A stretch of DNA of 64,000 bases from Lepidodermella squamata (taxonomy: Eukaryota; Animalia; Gastrotricha): contig JBLDXI010000048.1 of the NCBI GenBank assembly GCA_047495785.1, positions 310,001-374,000 of the forward strand, in the 5' to 3' direction. Positions 26,137 through 37,774 of the stretch are shown piece by piece. How positions within the stretch are numbered: position 1 is the first letter of the stretch; each line of letters starts with the position of its first letter. A model generated the notes under the pieces. The model did not search any database and was not told where the DNA came from. It was given only the letters and a program-made list of their open reading frames with translations. Made by a program: the position numbers and the translations under genes.

Positions 26137-26990
26137 ATGAATCCGTTTGATGCCAACCCTTCTCCGGGGTTGATAGCCGCAATTTTGGCGAGAATGATCG
26201 GCCAAGGTAGTGCTACTACTACCGCTACGCCACTACCGATCCCCTTCGAAAGTTAGCTTGTGTACAACTAGAAACGACGTTTCGAGCATAACATGCCCTA
26301 AACATCGCTTTGAAAAGCATTGTAAATATTTTGCATAAACCCGGTTTTTATCCTAAAAAAAGCTCTGCAGTTCATTGCACCACAACCGGTGCCGCTACTA
26401 AGCAGCAGCGAACCTTCGACGTCCAGCTCGATACGGCGATCGCATTCGAACGATCACACGTCTTCGTCCGAGCGGAAGCAGGAGGAAAGCCCTAGCCGAC
26501 AGATAAGTGACGCGTCCTTCGAATCGAGCCAGGAGGCAGTCAGCGATCAGGGCCGAACGCCGTCTGGTAGGCGATTCCGAAGAGCGAGGATCCCGCTGTT
26601 GCCGTCACAGGCTGAATCACTGGAGCAAAGCTTCAAACGATCGCCGTATTTGAACTCGCGAGAGCTGTTCAACCTGGCGAAGACTCTCAACATATCCGAG
26701 AGAAAGGTAACACTTCCTATCTATAACTAGCAATCCCTTTTGAAGTGTCATTGCAATCATAAGCCCTTACAATTGAACTTCTATGGTACTTTGTAATGCG
26801 AACTTTCGAATGGCTTGAATGCCGACATATGTTGCCTTTGATCTAATCCCCAGAAGTGAGCATCGAAATGTATTGAATTTTGTACATTTTTCAGGTGAAG
26901 GTTTGGTACCAGAATCGGCGGGCAAGGCAGCGCAGAATGGAGCAACAACAATCGCAGCACGTCCAACATTCGAACAGTCAAGGCGGATGA
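26137..26990 (+). CDS. msxlx: Divergent ANTP/NKL-class homeobox gene, probably Msxlx; 3 exons, homeobox split by intron 26707-26894
   Basis: The spliced homeodomain reads RRARIPLLPSQAESLEQSFKRSPYLNSRELFNLAKTLNISERK|VKVWYQNRRARQRR. The N-arm RIP and NRRARxRR resemble Msxlx. First-intron boundaries are uncertain. Confidence 0.65.
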
Positions 26991-28905
26991 GTCATCGAAT
27001 GCTACTGCCGCAACACAAATTGGAAATACTGGCCCGACTTGCCAACACTTCCCTCCATTCATTTTTTATTCGATGATAATTATATGTCAACTGTTGTGTG
27101 TTATGATGCCACGTTTTTCCGCCAAAAGTATGTATTTTATTTTCAAACTGCTGGCTTCTCAAATTCGTGCAAATTCAACGTGTAATAATAATTCATGCCC
27201 AACTTTTTCCGCATCAGATTTTGTTATTCCGCTATTAGCTAATTAACCTTCAATAAATGATGACATATGGTGTTGACGTTATCTATGGGATTATGTGATA
27301 ATTGAGATATTTTCGATGACAGGTGCGCAATGACTTACCCATAAAGTTATTTTCCACTCAAACGCCTCTCACCTGTCAATATATAACGAGCTCAATTTTC
27401 TTGTTATTCGATCAAAAGATACTAAGACAGAACTCGGTGACGTTGTACAACGAAAAATCAGAATCTCCGGATGTTTTGTCCTCGGGATAAAATGAAATAT
27501 GCACCGTCCATAAATTTAATTTCGTCAATTTTGAGGTGCCGTGGCCCAGTATTAACACCGTTAGGTGCTGGATTTCCAGGGTTAGATACTGATCTAATCT
27601 TCTAGCGTACATGTCCTCTTGCTGAAACTGACGACATCATAATTTGACGTAAACAGACATGGTTACATTGAGATATCAGCTTAAGACAGATACCACTGGA
27701 CCTAATTGGCTGGCCTTAATCCATTGACATTCCGCTGTTATAAATGTGCGTCACTCTTGTGAAAAATCAATTGTCCGATCGTTCATCAATTGTTAATCCC
27801 GAAACATTTCTGGAGGTTGCCTCATAACCTACGTTTCATTCCTAGGGATCAATTAATATCAGATTCGAGCCAACAATATCAGTCAAGGTCAATTTTATGC
27901 AAAGCATCTAGTAATTGGTTTAACCTATGGCACTTCTCATTATTCCATTAGCGCGAATGCAATTTGTTTTGTGACGCATGGTTGATGACCCAGTATTGAC
28001 ATCAGCTCTCATCGTCGATGTTGTACCAACTGGATAGGTGCATCCTAATTCCTCATTTCCAGTGAAAATCGCAAGGACATGTTGGCGGATGACAACTCAA
28101 TCATGCTGAATAGACAAGCATAATTTGACAGACACCGAAAGAATTCGGAAATTTGCTTAAGACACAGGCTACAGTAATCTGGCGATCTCATTGCCGTGAC
28201 ACACCTTACTGCCACCTGATAAGGACAACACAACTGAGTGACTCGAATATTTCTCTAATTTGTGGATCCTAATAGCCCGCTAGACCGAAAATGGCCCGTG
28301 GGAAATATTAATATTAGGGTATTATCTCACAGAGTAGCGAGGGCTGATTGCAGATGTGGACAAAACATGTTGATCGAGTGTGAAAAATTAGCTATAGCTC
28401 AGAAAATTCTGAAATTTGAAACAGGTGGGCGATTCCTCAACCTTAGTAAATTTCGGTAATTTATACGCAAATATTATCAGAACTGAAAAATTCAAGAACT
28501 TATTACATCAAGTACCCTTACATTTTTTTAAACTTTAATGAAGAATTTAAAAACGCAAAGAAATCACCATAATAATAATATAGTGCGCGATTTTTATTAA
28601 GTTGTCATTTCATATTTCATTTTGGGATCACGACGTGATCATGATTTGACAAAATTATTTAAAGATCGGTTTAATTTCTTGCGTTTTATTCCTGCTACCT
28701 ATCAGCCAATTTTAGATCGGGAAAATCTGTATCTGTATTTTGAATAAAAAGTAAATTTCGTTTCAATGAGAGCGGTGAAATGTATTGCGTAAGAGCTCAA
28801 TTATTACGAATTTTCAGGCTCGCATTTGCGCAACTCGTGAACCCTAGATAAAGCACGTCGCGTCAGTGCCAAAATCACCATTTCAACAAGTTTGCTTTTT
28901 CCAAC

Positions 28906-29286
28906 ATGGTGTCTCACTATTTATTGCTGATTTGCGCCGTCTTCATATCGACCGGCGATGGTCAAGATGGATCCTACGACAACCGGCATAATTTGGGCAT
29001 TCAGCACCAAGGCGGTAAGCAGCCGCAAATGTTCCAGCAGCCAGGCGGCAATCAACAACAACAACAGCAATCTCAATTCAACCCGGACGACCCACGCCTC
29101 GCCCAGCTGCAGGCTAAATTCGATGAAAATACCGAAGACAGCGATCGGTCCTTCTTCCCACAGGGCCTTCTCGGCCTTGGCGGCGGTCGGCTACGCACCA
29201 GTTGCTCCTGGATCGTCAACCTACCTGGGCGAGCAGTTTGCTGCCGTTTTACATGCTTTAGGGTTCTGTACTGCTACTACTATTAA
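28906..29286 (+). CDS. Secreted prepropeptide with a cationic Cys-rich C-terminus (candidate antimicrobial or toxin-like peptide)
   Basis: Signal peptide, Gln-rich then acidic pro-region, C-terminal RLRTSCSWIVNLPGRAVCCRFTCFRVLYCYYY. AATAAA follows the stop directly. Confidence 0.65.
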   Translation: MVSHYLLLICAVFISTGDGQDGSYDNRHNLGIQHQGGKQPQMFQQPGGNQQQQQQSQFNPDDPRLAQLQAKFDENTEDSDRSFFPQGLLGLGGGRLRTSCSWIVNLPGRAVCCRFTCFRVLYCYYY

Positions 29287-29361
29287 CATTTGAATAAAAC
29301 AGCTTTTTGAAAAACAGTCTTGATTTTATTGGCTTTAGAAATTCAGGAATCAATCAATTGT

Positions 29362-30390
29362 CTAAGCTCGTTGAGCTACAAGTGCTTGTTGTTCAATTTC
29401 ATCGGCAAAGACGTAGCAAACCGAAGGAAGTTGCGGGTAGATGTTAACCTGGTTGCAAACACCAGCCGTAGCACTCACTCCGCCCCTAGGCACAGTGCCA
29501 AGTGTGACTGGCAAATTCACTTTCACATCACTCGCCATAGAAACAGACATACCAACCTCCAAATGATACGTCACGCTGATTGTTTCGGAATGTAGCGTAG
29601 GCAAAGTTTGAGGTAGGCGGAATCCTAACTCATTCCAGCTCATGGAGCCACCTTGGCTTTGATTTTCCAACTTAGCTAATGGAACTAGGTTGATGAATTG
29701 CTTCACAACTTTTTCGCCACCTCCGTCAGCCCGGAAAGTTATGGATTGAACCAATTTCGCGTAAGGTTTAACCTTTCTGCTTGACTGGTTGTTGAATTCT
29801 GCTGTGATGTAGATGCTTTCGCCAAAGCAGTAGTAAGCCCCGTGATTGCTGTAGGCGGTGATCGATAGCCGGCCGAATTTCGCAAACAGAAAGCCGAGTT
29901 TCTTCGCCACTGCTGATTTCACCGGTAGCAATTGCTCTGGAAAATCAACGGGGACGTGTTCAATCACCTGGAACTGTAACGGACCAGCTTTCTGCTTCAT
30001 TCCCTCAACTCCAGCGGTCAAAAAGTAGCGAATGTGGCCAAATTTGCCTTCGAAACTTGTTTTCAAGCCGTTTTGCATGAGTTGGAACGCGAAAGGTAAC
30101 TCATGGCGCCCGGGTTTGAGGTGAACGGCGTCTGATAGAGTGACTCGCTGCTCGGTTTCAATTAGGACACGCTTCGATGACTTCACCTTGTTGCCACCAG
30201 TTTCTTTCGTCGATTTTTTGCTCGAGTCTTTCCATTCAACATTAGCCACACCTTGTAGGCGAATTATAAGGACGAAAGGACTGTTTTGTTGCTTAGATTG
30301 TTTGATATCGTAGGTACAGATGCCGGAAACAACCACACCAGGTTGGTAGACCTGCTTTGCGATACTAAGGTTGATAGACTTGAGAGCCAT
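29362..30390 (-). CDS. Alpha-arrestin (ARRDC-like) 1, intronless
   Basis: VYQPG, GxANVEW, PFAFQL, TSFEGKFGHIRY, ISVTYHLEV, LPVTLGTVP. Start placed at MALKSIN by alignment to the paralogs. No PPxY motif. Confidence 0.88.
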   Translation of the reverse strand: MALKSINLSIAKQVYQPGVVVSGICTYDIKQSKQQNSPFVLIIRLQGVANVEWKDSSKKSTKETGGNKVKSSKRVLIETEQRVTLSDAVHLKPGRHELPFAFQLMQNGLKTSFEGKFGHIRYFLTAGVEGMKQKAGPLQFQVIEHVPVDFPEQLLPVKSAVAKKLGFLFAKFGRLSITAYSNHGAYYCFGESIYITAEFNNQSSRKVKPYAKLVQSITFRADGGGEKVVKQFINLVPLAKLENQSQGGSMSWNELGFRLPQTLPTLHSETISVTYHLEVGMSVSMASDVKVNLPVTLGTVPRGGVSATAGVCNQVNIYPQLPSVCYVFADEIEQQALVAQRA

Positions 30391-30890
30391 GTCTTTAATA
30401 TTGCAATATTCTAGAATGCTTAGTAGAGAATTCAATGGATTTATTATGCTCAAGTGGTTTCTTCGTGTTATATATCGTCTCGTTATCGTGACTTTATGGG
30501 CACGCCTGTTTTTGATAAGACTAGTACAACAGGGCGGGCCTTGAGCGGTAGCACTGCAGAAGCTCTATGGTTTCGTATGGTGATTAACACGAAACACAGG
30601 GTGGCAACCAAGTCGACTACGCCCCGAGGCAGAAAAAATTATCCCTTAACCGCCGATTCCGTTTGACAACTTTGCCCTGAAAAGCGACTGCTTGAAATAC
30701 CAGCAATTTCTAGGAATTCGTTATTTGGTGCACACATGCAGGAACATATTCATTCTAGAAGCCATTTTAAAGTTTTAACATTAAAACTTGCGGTTTCGAG
30801 CTCAAATTTGATGCGCTTATTTGGTAATTGATACAACTGGCAATATAAATAACAGTATTAAGGTGCTTAGCTTTAGTTAGATTAATCGGG

Positions 30891-32027
30891 TTACATCTTT
30901 TCAGGAATGCTTTCTTTAGAGCCCCCACCTGCGCCTTTCTTCTTCTCGTCCGGCACATCATCGTCTAAGGGCAAAATAGGGTTCTGCTGCATGAAAAACG
31001 AAGCGAAGTAACTAGGTGGAGCCGAGTCATAAGCTGGGGCTGGCGATGACAGATCTTCAGCCCTCGGAACGGTACCGAAAGTGACTGGCAGCTCAAGCTT
31101 CAAGTCTCTCGACCACGGAATATCAAGTCGCACCTCGAAATGGTACCCGACACGAATATTTGGCGCTTCAGTCGTCGGCATAACTTCAGGCAGCTTGAAT
31201 TCCAAACTCCATTCGCTCGACGTATTTTTCGCCAGCTTTTCATCTGGAACTTTGTAGCCAGGTAGCAATTCCAAGCTATAAGACTTGAGGGCAGTGTAAG
31301 CATGACCGTAATCTGCTGTGAAAGTTGAGGTTTGCACTAGTTTCACCGTAGGTTTTACCTCTCGGGATGACAAATTTGTAAAATTAGCCGTGATTCTTGC
31401 TTGATCTCCTAAGCAGTAGTAACCAGCTCTATCACACTTAGCGTCTATGGTTACCGGGCCTGATTTGAAGAATAGAACACCTGGCGTCTTCGATTTGTTC
31501 CCTGCAACTTGCTCGGCAAAATTATCGACAAAAATAGCCTCGACAACTTTGAAATACAAAGTCTTAGCTTTTGGCTTGAATAGTGTAGAAAACCATGATC
31601 CTTCCGGCTTGGCGTTGATGGAGTAGCGAATATAGCCAGCAGCTCCTTCAAACGACGTTTTCAAGCCTTCGTTTGGCAGTTGAAAATTCAACAGAATACG
31701 ATGCTTCCCCTCTCCCTGTTTCTCATCGAGCTGAACCTTCTGCTTAATCGATACTAAAATTTTGTGCGACGAACGAACGTGAGTTGTCGATGTGCTCCCT
31801 TTGCCGTCGCTTTGCGTTGTAGTTTCAGTCCATCGGACCTTTGAGTCACCCTGCAGAGTGACAATGAAAGCGATGGGTCCAGGTTTTTTCTTGACCAAAT
31901 GCTTTTCGTTGATGATTTCATAATCGCAGAAAACGGCGATGTTATCTCCTGATTGATAAAAGGACTTTGCTGTTGCCGGATCGAAGCTAAGTTGCAGCGA
32001 CTTAAATTCCAAACCTTCGTGAAACAT
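30891..32027 (-). CDS. Alpha-arrestin (ARRDC-like) 2, intronless
   Basis: Arrestin N and C domain motifs (TSFEGAAGYIRY, LPVTFGTVP) and a C-terminal PPSY. Confidence 0.9.
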   Translation of the reverse strand: MFHEGLEFKSLQLSFDPATAKSFYQSGDNIAVFCDYEIINEKHLVKKKPGPIAFIVTLQGDSKVRWTETTTQSDGKGSTSTTHVRSSHKILVSIKQKVQLDEKQGEGKHRILLNFQLPNEGLKTSFEGAAGYIRYSINAKPEGSWFSTLFKPKAKTLYFKVVEAIFVDNFAEQVAGNKSKTPGVLFFKSGPVTIDAKCDRAGYYCLGDQARITANFTNLSSREVKPTVKLVQTSTFTADYGHAYTALKSYSLELLPGYKVPDEKLAKNTSSEWSLEFKLPEVMPTTEAPNIRVGYHFEVRLDIPWSRDLKLELPVTFGTVPRAEDLSSPAPAYDSAPPSYFASFFMQQNPILPLDDDVPDEKKKGAGGGSKESIPEKM

Positions 32028-32494
32028 TCGTTGTAACGTGTCTGATTAATATCCTAACCATTGGAAATAGGTGAGACATAAACTGTAATTGAATTCAGTG
32101 ATTTCAAGATCCTAACAGCTAGCGAAGATACTATTCTGAGTTGAATTTGCAATGCTGTTTCAATGAACTTTGTACAAAGGATAAAAGATGCGCTGAGTAG
32201 TTTAAGGATTTATTTGTGACCTAGTTGGAAGCGCTGGCTCCAGATGGACTCGGCCGCAAAAAATTGGACCCTTTCAGTGAAAGTTGATAACGGCAATGAT
32301 AAGACGTCTGTCCTGCTTATTTTTGGCTTTGATAAAGCTTATCTTGCTTTCGGTTTAGTACTCGCATCATTGCCACATTTTATCGAGGTTTATTACATAT
32401 TATTTGAAAAAATTCAGCAAAATGGATATTACTAATCTTTTTATTAATCACAAGGACATGAGGGCAATTTTATAAATCAAATGAAATGATGGTA

Positions 32495-32818
32495 AGTAAA
32501 AAGATTAGCGCGTACAGTCGAACTCTTTTATTTTTCGAAGACGACGTTTCGGCAAAAGCGGGTGCCATCATCAGGTCATATATAAGGAAACAAAAATCTA
32601 AACAAAGATAGTATAGTTAAAGGCTACAACAATGAGATAGGGTTAATCGGTAGGGTTGTAGCCTTTAACTATACTATCTTTGTTTAGATTTTTGTTTCCT
32701 TATATATGACCTGATGATGGCACCCGCTTTTGCCGAAACGTCGTCTTCGAAAAATAAAAGAGTTCGACTGTACGCGCTAATCTTTTTACTTAAAATATCG
32801 AAAAACAAGTTAACTATC
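32495..32818. mobile_element. Miniature palindromic Penelope-like insertion (3'-end/pLTR only)
   Basis: 138-bp inverted arms (32493-32630 and 32655-32792), 24-nt spacer, 26-nt tail. 12-bp direct repeat gaaatgatggta at 32483-32494 and 32819-32830. Each arm carries a hammerhead core. Confidence 0.8.
32708..32745 (+). ncRNA. Minimal type I hammerhead motif (mirror copy on the minus strand at 32540-32577)
   Basis: gac-CUGAUGA-U-GGCA(loop)UGCC-GAAAC-GUC-guc: conserved core, 4-bp stem II, 3-bp stem I, palindromic ACGU stem III. Confidence 0.78.
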
Positions 32819-32831
32819 GAAATGATGGTAG

Positions 32832-33974
32832 TCAAAAGCAAGCAACGTCGATGAAATCAGTATTCGCTTTGTCCTGTAATTCTGGCCAAGTATTCTTTCC
32901 TTTATCCTGCTTTGTATCGTCGTCATTTTCGAACGGCAGCACAGGCTTTTGCTGTAAAATCAAAGATGCAAAGTAACTCGGAGGAGCCATTTCGTAGCCA
33001 GGAGCTGAAGGAAGTTGCTCGTAACGTTGAACCGTTCCCATTGTCACCGGTAACTTCAATCGAAGATTCCTAGACCAAGGAATTGATAGGGAAACCTCAA
33101 AATGGTACGTCACCGTAATATTCGGAGCTTCAATTGTTGGCAGAACAGCTGGCAATTTGAATTCCAAGCCCCATTTGCTCGAAGATCCTTTTGAGATGAT
33201 TTCGTCAGGAATCTTGAACCCAGGCATCAGTTGCAAATCGAAACGTTTAGTAGCAACATAAACCTCGCCACAATCAGCTGTGAACAGAGAGGTTTGAACC
33301 AGCTTCACGCCCGGTTTGACCTTTCGCGACGATAAGTTTTCGAAATTCGCATCGATACGTACTTGATCGCCCAGACTATAGTAGCCAGTTCTGTCGCATT
33401 TAGCTTCGATCTTGACCGGGCCGGATTTCAAGAAGAGGAAACCAGGCGTTTTTGACTTGGAGCCAGAGACTGGATCATTCAACTGGTCCAGCGTAATGTT
33501 CTCGACTACTTTGAAGTGTAGAGTCTTAGCTTTCGGCTTGAAAAGTGAAGCTAGCCAAGACGCTTCTGGCTTCGCATTGATCGAGTAGCGAATGTAGCCA
33601 ACTTCGCCTTCGAAAGAGGTTTTCAGCCCAGTCAGAGGCAGTTGGAAATTGACCAGCAATCGGTACCTGCCAGGTACTTGGTAGCTTGCCAGTTGAATCT
33701 TTTGCTGCATTGCCACCAACGTTCGTCGTGACGAATAAACATGAGTTGTTGAAGTGCTCGACTTCCCATCGCTCCTAGTTTCAGTTTCGGTCCAGAAAAC
33801 CTTGGAAATGCCTTCTAGGGTGACCACCAGAGTGATAGGGGCTGGGTTGCAGTGGAATAGCCGCTTTTCATTGACGATTTCATAATCGCAAAGAACTGAT
33901 ACGACATCACCGGGTTGATAGATTTGTTTAGCAGCGGAAGGTTCGAAAGTGAGTTGCAGAGACTTCAATCCCAT
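32832..33974 (-). CDS. Alpha-arrestin (ARRDC-like) 3, intronless
   Basis: Close paralog of arrestin 2. TSFEGEVGYIRY, LPVTMGTV, PPSY. Confidence 0.9.
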   Translation of the reverse strand: MGLKSLQLTFEPSAAKQIYQPGDVVSVLCDYEIVNEKRLFHCNPAPITLVVTLEGISKVFWTETETRSDGKSSTSTTHVYSSRRTLVAMQQKIQLASYQVPGRYRLLVNFQLPLTGLKTSFEGEVGYIRYSINAKPEASWLASLFKPKAKTLHFKVVENITLDQLNDPVSGSKSKTPGFLFLKSGPVKIEAKCDRTGYYSLGDQVRIDANFENLSSRKVKPGVKLVQTSLFTADCGEVYVATKRFDLQLMPGFKIPDEIISKGSSSKWGLEFKLPAVLPTIEAPNITVTYHFEVSLSIPWSRNLRLKLPVTMGTVQRYEQLPSAPGYEMAPPSYFASLILQQKPVLPFENDDDTKQDKGKNTWPELQDKANTDFIDVACF

Positions 33975-35301
33975 ACACGTAGAAGCCGGTTAGATTGAGA
34001 GAGCTTTAGCTTTGAGGCTGTGAGTTTGCTTGACGATGTTGATTGAGGTTGAATGGGTGGCCCTTATATACCCGCGGTCTGAGTCAGACCTGCCCACACA
34101 TTTCGACGTCACTACCATGAGCTCATACGTTACGAGATAAGGGTACGCGATTAGATAAGATAAGACGTTTGATATGACGTTTGGTGGTACGTGTCCTCAA
34201 CTATCTAACTGAAATGTGCAGGGTCGATTTCACCTTCCGTAATTTTTTAAAATTCTCGGCAAGGTTGATGGGAAGAACGATGAGCTTAGATCACATTTTC
34301 AAGAACCGTTCACCGACAAGAACACCTAATGGCGTGGTGCGTGCCTATACGTGCTAATTTCGAATACTGAATACTGTAAACTGTAAATTTATTCGAACAG
34401 TCTGTTCAACAACAATTTCAACTGTTTCCACAAGGGGTGCTTTTATCAAGGTCGCCGTACACTTATTACGAAAATGCAAAAAATTGGCACCATCAAGGAC
34501 GCTATTCCTTTTCGATCGTAAACAGCCTTACATTTAAAAGAAAGTGCCTCCAGCCATGGTGCTTTAATCGAGGGAGTACTGTAGTAGGTAGTGCTAGGCA
34601 GTGGTGCAGCTGACAGGTTCGAAAAAGGGTGAAATTGAAATGAAGAGTAGACCCTAAATACAAATCAGGACTGTGACCTCGTTTAAGGTTGTGTCTCACA
34701 ATTCGTAAATACTGTAATTGAAAAGTCTAATTAATGTCGGATCGCGCTTGTATTCCGTGTTTCGTTCATTTTCGCAAATTGTAGCAAATACTTCCCCTGC
34801 TAGAATTAATTTTATTTTTCCTTCTCTCAGCTCTTTCCTTCTTGAAAAATGGTGCGTGTCCCGGTTAAAATATGGCTAACGAATAATTGTCGATCTCCGG
34901 AAAATGTGATGTGGCGGTTCGTTGTCGAATTAGAATCGATAATCGATAGCTGACGATCACATATTTTTCGATCAATAAATCTAAATTTTTCGATTTTCTT
35001 TATTTTACCGCGCTTTTTTACCCGAAATTCGCGGTCTTAAAGTGTCTGTTACCAGGATTGCATATTTGAAATTTTTAGGCTTTCAGTTAACTGCACAGTT
35101 AACTTTGGGATAAGGAAATATATAACCGAAATCTCGGATAGTTTTGCGCATCGGGTTTTCCAGGTTTCTATAAATTGAACTAGATTGAAAATATCACCGA
35201 AATTATGCCAGACAGAGGAACGATTTACTGTGATTTTAACACCGAGAACAAATTTCACTCGACATTTAGAAAGTCTTTTCCTTCAAGGGTCGTCATAATA
35301 A

Positions 35302-36501
35302 TCATTCAACAATAATGATGTCCTTCTTTGTTGCAAGAAACTCGTCGAAGCTTTTGAGTTCCGGGTTGAGTTTCCGCGTCTCTCCAATGTCTCGATTTGC
35401 CCGGAATTCCTCATAAGTCTCCTGGTAGTATTGAAACATATTTCCAAGCTCCAAGCACCCTGGAAATCCAAGAGCCCTGAAGGCTGCAGGGGTCAAATTG
35501 GCGAAAATTATTTCCTTTCCAGACGCCTCCGCCAGCTTTTTGACAACTTCAGCCGGATCGAGAGGTTCAGCCGTGACTCCAATGCGTTTGTTGATGTATT
35601 CATTGCCATGCTTGAAAATGCCCAAGATGCACTTTCCAATGTCTTCAATCGACATGCCGACGAAGCTTTTGTTACCCAGAGCCATTGTTACGTAATACTT
35701 GCCATCGGGACCTTTCCTAGGGGCATGGCCGCCGTTGTTGACAAAGTTCTCCCAGTAGCCAGGGACGAGTAGGTAAGTTGTTGGCAGATCGGAGAAGTAT
35801 TCGTCGCATTCGGCTTTGATGTCGGTGTATGGTACGTAGTACTTGCCTAGGATGATTGGCATGGTGCTCGTTCCAAGGGGAACCAGCTTGCGAGAGTCTT
35901 CCGAAGTCGACCAAACAACATGTTGGATCCCAGCAAGTCTTGAAAGCACGAAAAACAGAAGGGTTAAGATTAGATTAATTGTTAGGATTTCCATTAAGGT
36001 TATAGGCCGATCCTAATAAGGTTTACATTGCAATTAGGGCTTGAGTTCAGGCTGAGATCGGGAAAATTTAGATAGTTAAGAGGGCCCAGTTATATGAGAG
36101 TGAGGAATTAAACACTCAGATGCCTCTTCTCACCTTGCCGCGTCAGCCATTGCTTTTATTTGAATTCGCTCCTTCTCATAATCCGAGAAATCCGGGACCG
36201 AAACACAAAATAATCCATACGAGCCTTTGATTGCCTCCGCCAAGCTTTTAGCATCACTTGTATCAGCTTGAACCACTTCAACACCCAATTTCTTCAACTC
36301 AGCAGCCTGGGAAAATCCCTAGAATTAAAAAATATGTTCTCCACAGATTTCAAATCATACCTTCTCAGAGTTTGCATTTCGGGTGATAGCACGAGCCGAA
36401 TATTCGCAACTAGGACCAGCTGCGATTATGGCTTTGACCACACCACCGCCTTGATTTCCAGTCGCCCCAACGACTGAGATGATTTTCTTCTCCGCAGACA
36501 T
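35302..36501 (-). CDS. NmrA-like (NMRAL1/HSCARG-type) NAD(P)-binding protein; 3 exons (36501-36361, 36306-36134, about 35938-35302)
   Basis: Spliced N-terminus MSAEKKIISVVGATGNQGGAVV...ARAITRN, GVEVVQAD, then AGIQHVVWST and GFPGCLELGNMFQYY. Confidence 0.85.
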
Positions 36502-37674
36502 ATTGATATATTTTCTCGATACGAGCCGGCAGTATATTGTGATGAAAAGAGCGTTTGATCGTCTGATCGCAACGGGCCTGGATCAGTATCAGCTTACAAT
36601 AAGCCGATGAACCATTCACGCATATATAGCTGTATGTCGAAAGGCCGGAAAGAGAGAATGAGATGATGACGATGATGAAATATGATAATGCTTTTGCAAA
36701 TTGATGGCATATAACACGCGCATGATTGCTTCCAGCTGCTGATAGCTATTGTAATAGATAATTCAGCAGCGCTTTTAGCTCGCGCATGCTTCCTGTTTTT
36801 CTTGTCTTTTTCACATAAAAGCCATGTGACCGGAACTTGACACCAATTCAAGGCGTTGAAGGAATCGAACGAGGCTAATCTAAAAATTGCACATATATTG
36901 CATGCCTCAAAAGACAATAGCAATTAGATCGCGGCTAATTTTTATACCGATAATAAAAATCGCTCTTAAGTTTAATTTCAAATGAGGCAGTGAAGATTAA
37001 AAAGAATGAACTTCACCGATCCCAATCCCCTAGTGGTTAAAAGCTGGTGCAAGATAGCTCGAATCGACACATTTCAATTTGTATTCCCTCGAGACTAGCC
37101 TTCTTGAGGTGAAAGAAGCCTAGTCCGGGTGTGATATTTTAGACGATAATGAAATGGATGTCTAGCATTTCAATTAGATTTAGCAGCTTATATTTATTGC
37201 TGGTTGTGTGATGAGGAAGGGAGGAAGCAATCGACGTGTAGCATTGCAGAATATAGCAATATTTGACTGCTGCAGTTCGGTATTGTTCCTGCAGCTGTCT
37301 TAGTTGTGGCGTTGTGAAATAGCCGTAAGGGATGAAACACAATGCCACTCGTGGTCTCCCAGTTAGAGCGGCTCCGATTCGATTCCAGCTCTTTCTTCGT
37401 ATTTACTTGATTCATTTCAAAATACATATTCAGGAGTGAGCTCTAAATGGTTGCATTGTCGGGTGTAAAGCTTTGCCGTATCGAATGCTGCAGGATACGA
37501 GAGAATCGAAGATGCCGTAACCACGGCATTGAACTATACTGAGAAGGCGATTTAAAAGCTGGCGGATTCCAGTGCAAATTACGTGCAGAACAAGCCTATA
37601 AATGCACGTCTAGAAATATCGTTGGTGATCTTTTCAAGCTAAATTCGAGTTGTTAATTCACATTTGATCTTTTA

Positions 37675-37774
37675 TACCGTAGTTACCGAATTACAAGCCT
37701 TGGCGGCACCTCTTTGTCGGCACTTTGATGTTCTTTGTAGTGCTGCCTAGGCTTGTATTTCGGTAACTACGGTA
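37675..37774. mobile_element. 100-bp MITE-like element with 35-bp terminal inverted repeats
   Basis: taccgtagttaccgaattacaagccttggcggcac pairs with gtgctgcctaggcttgtatttcggtaactacggta (3 mismatches). TA at both ends, as in Tc1/mariner-type elements. Confidence 0.7.
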
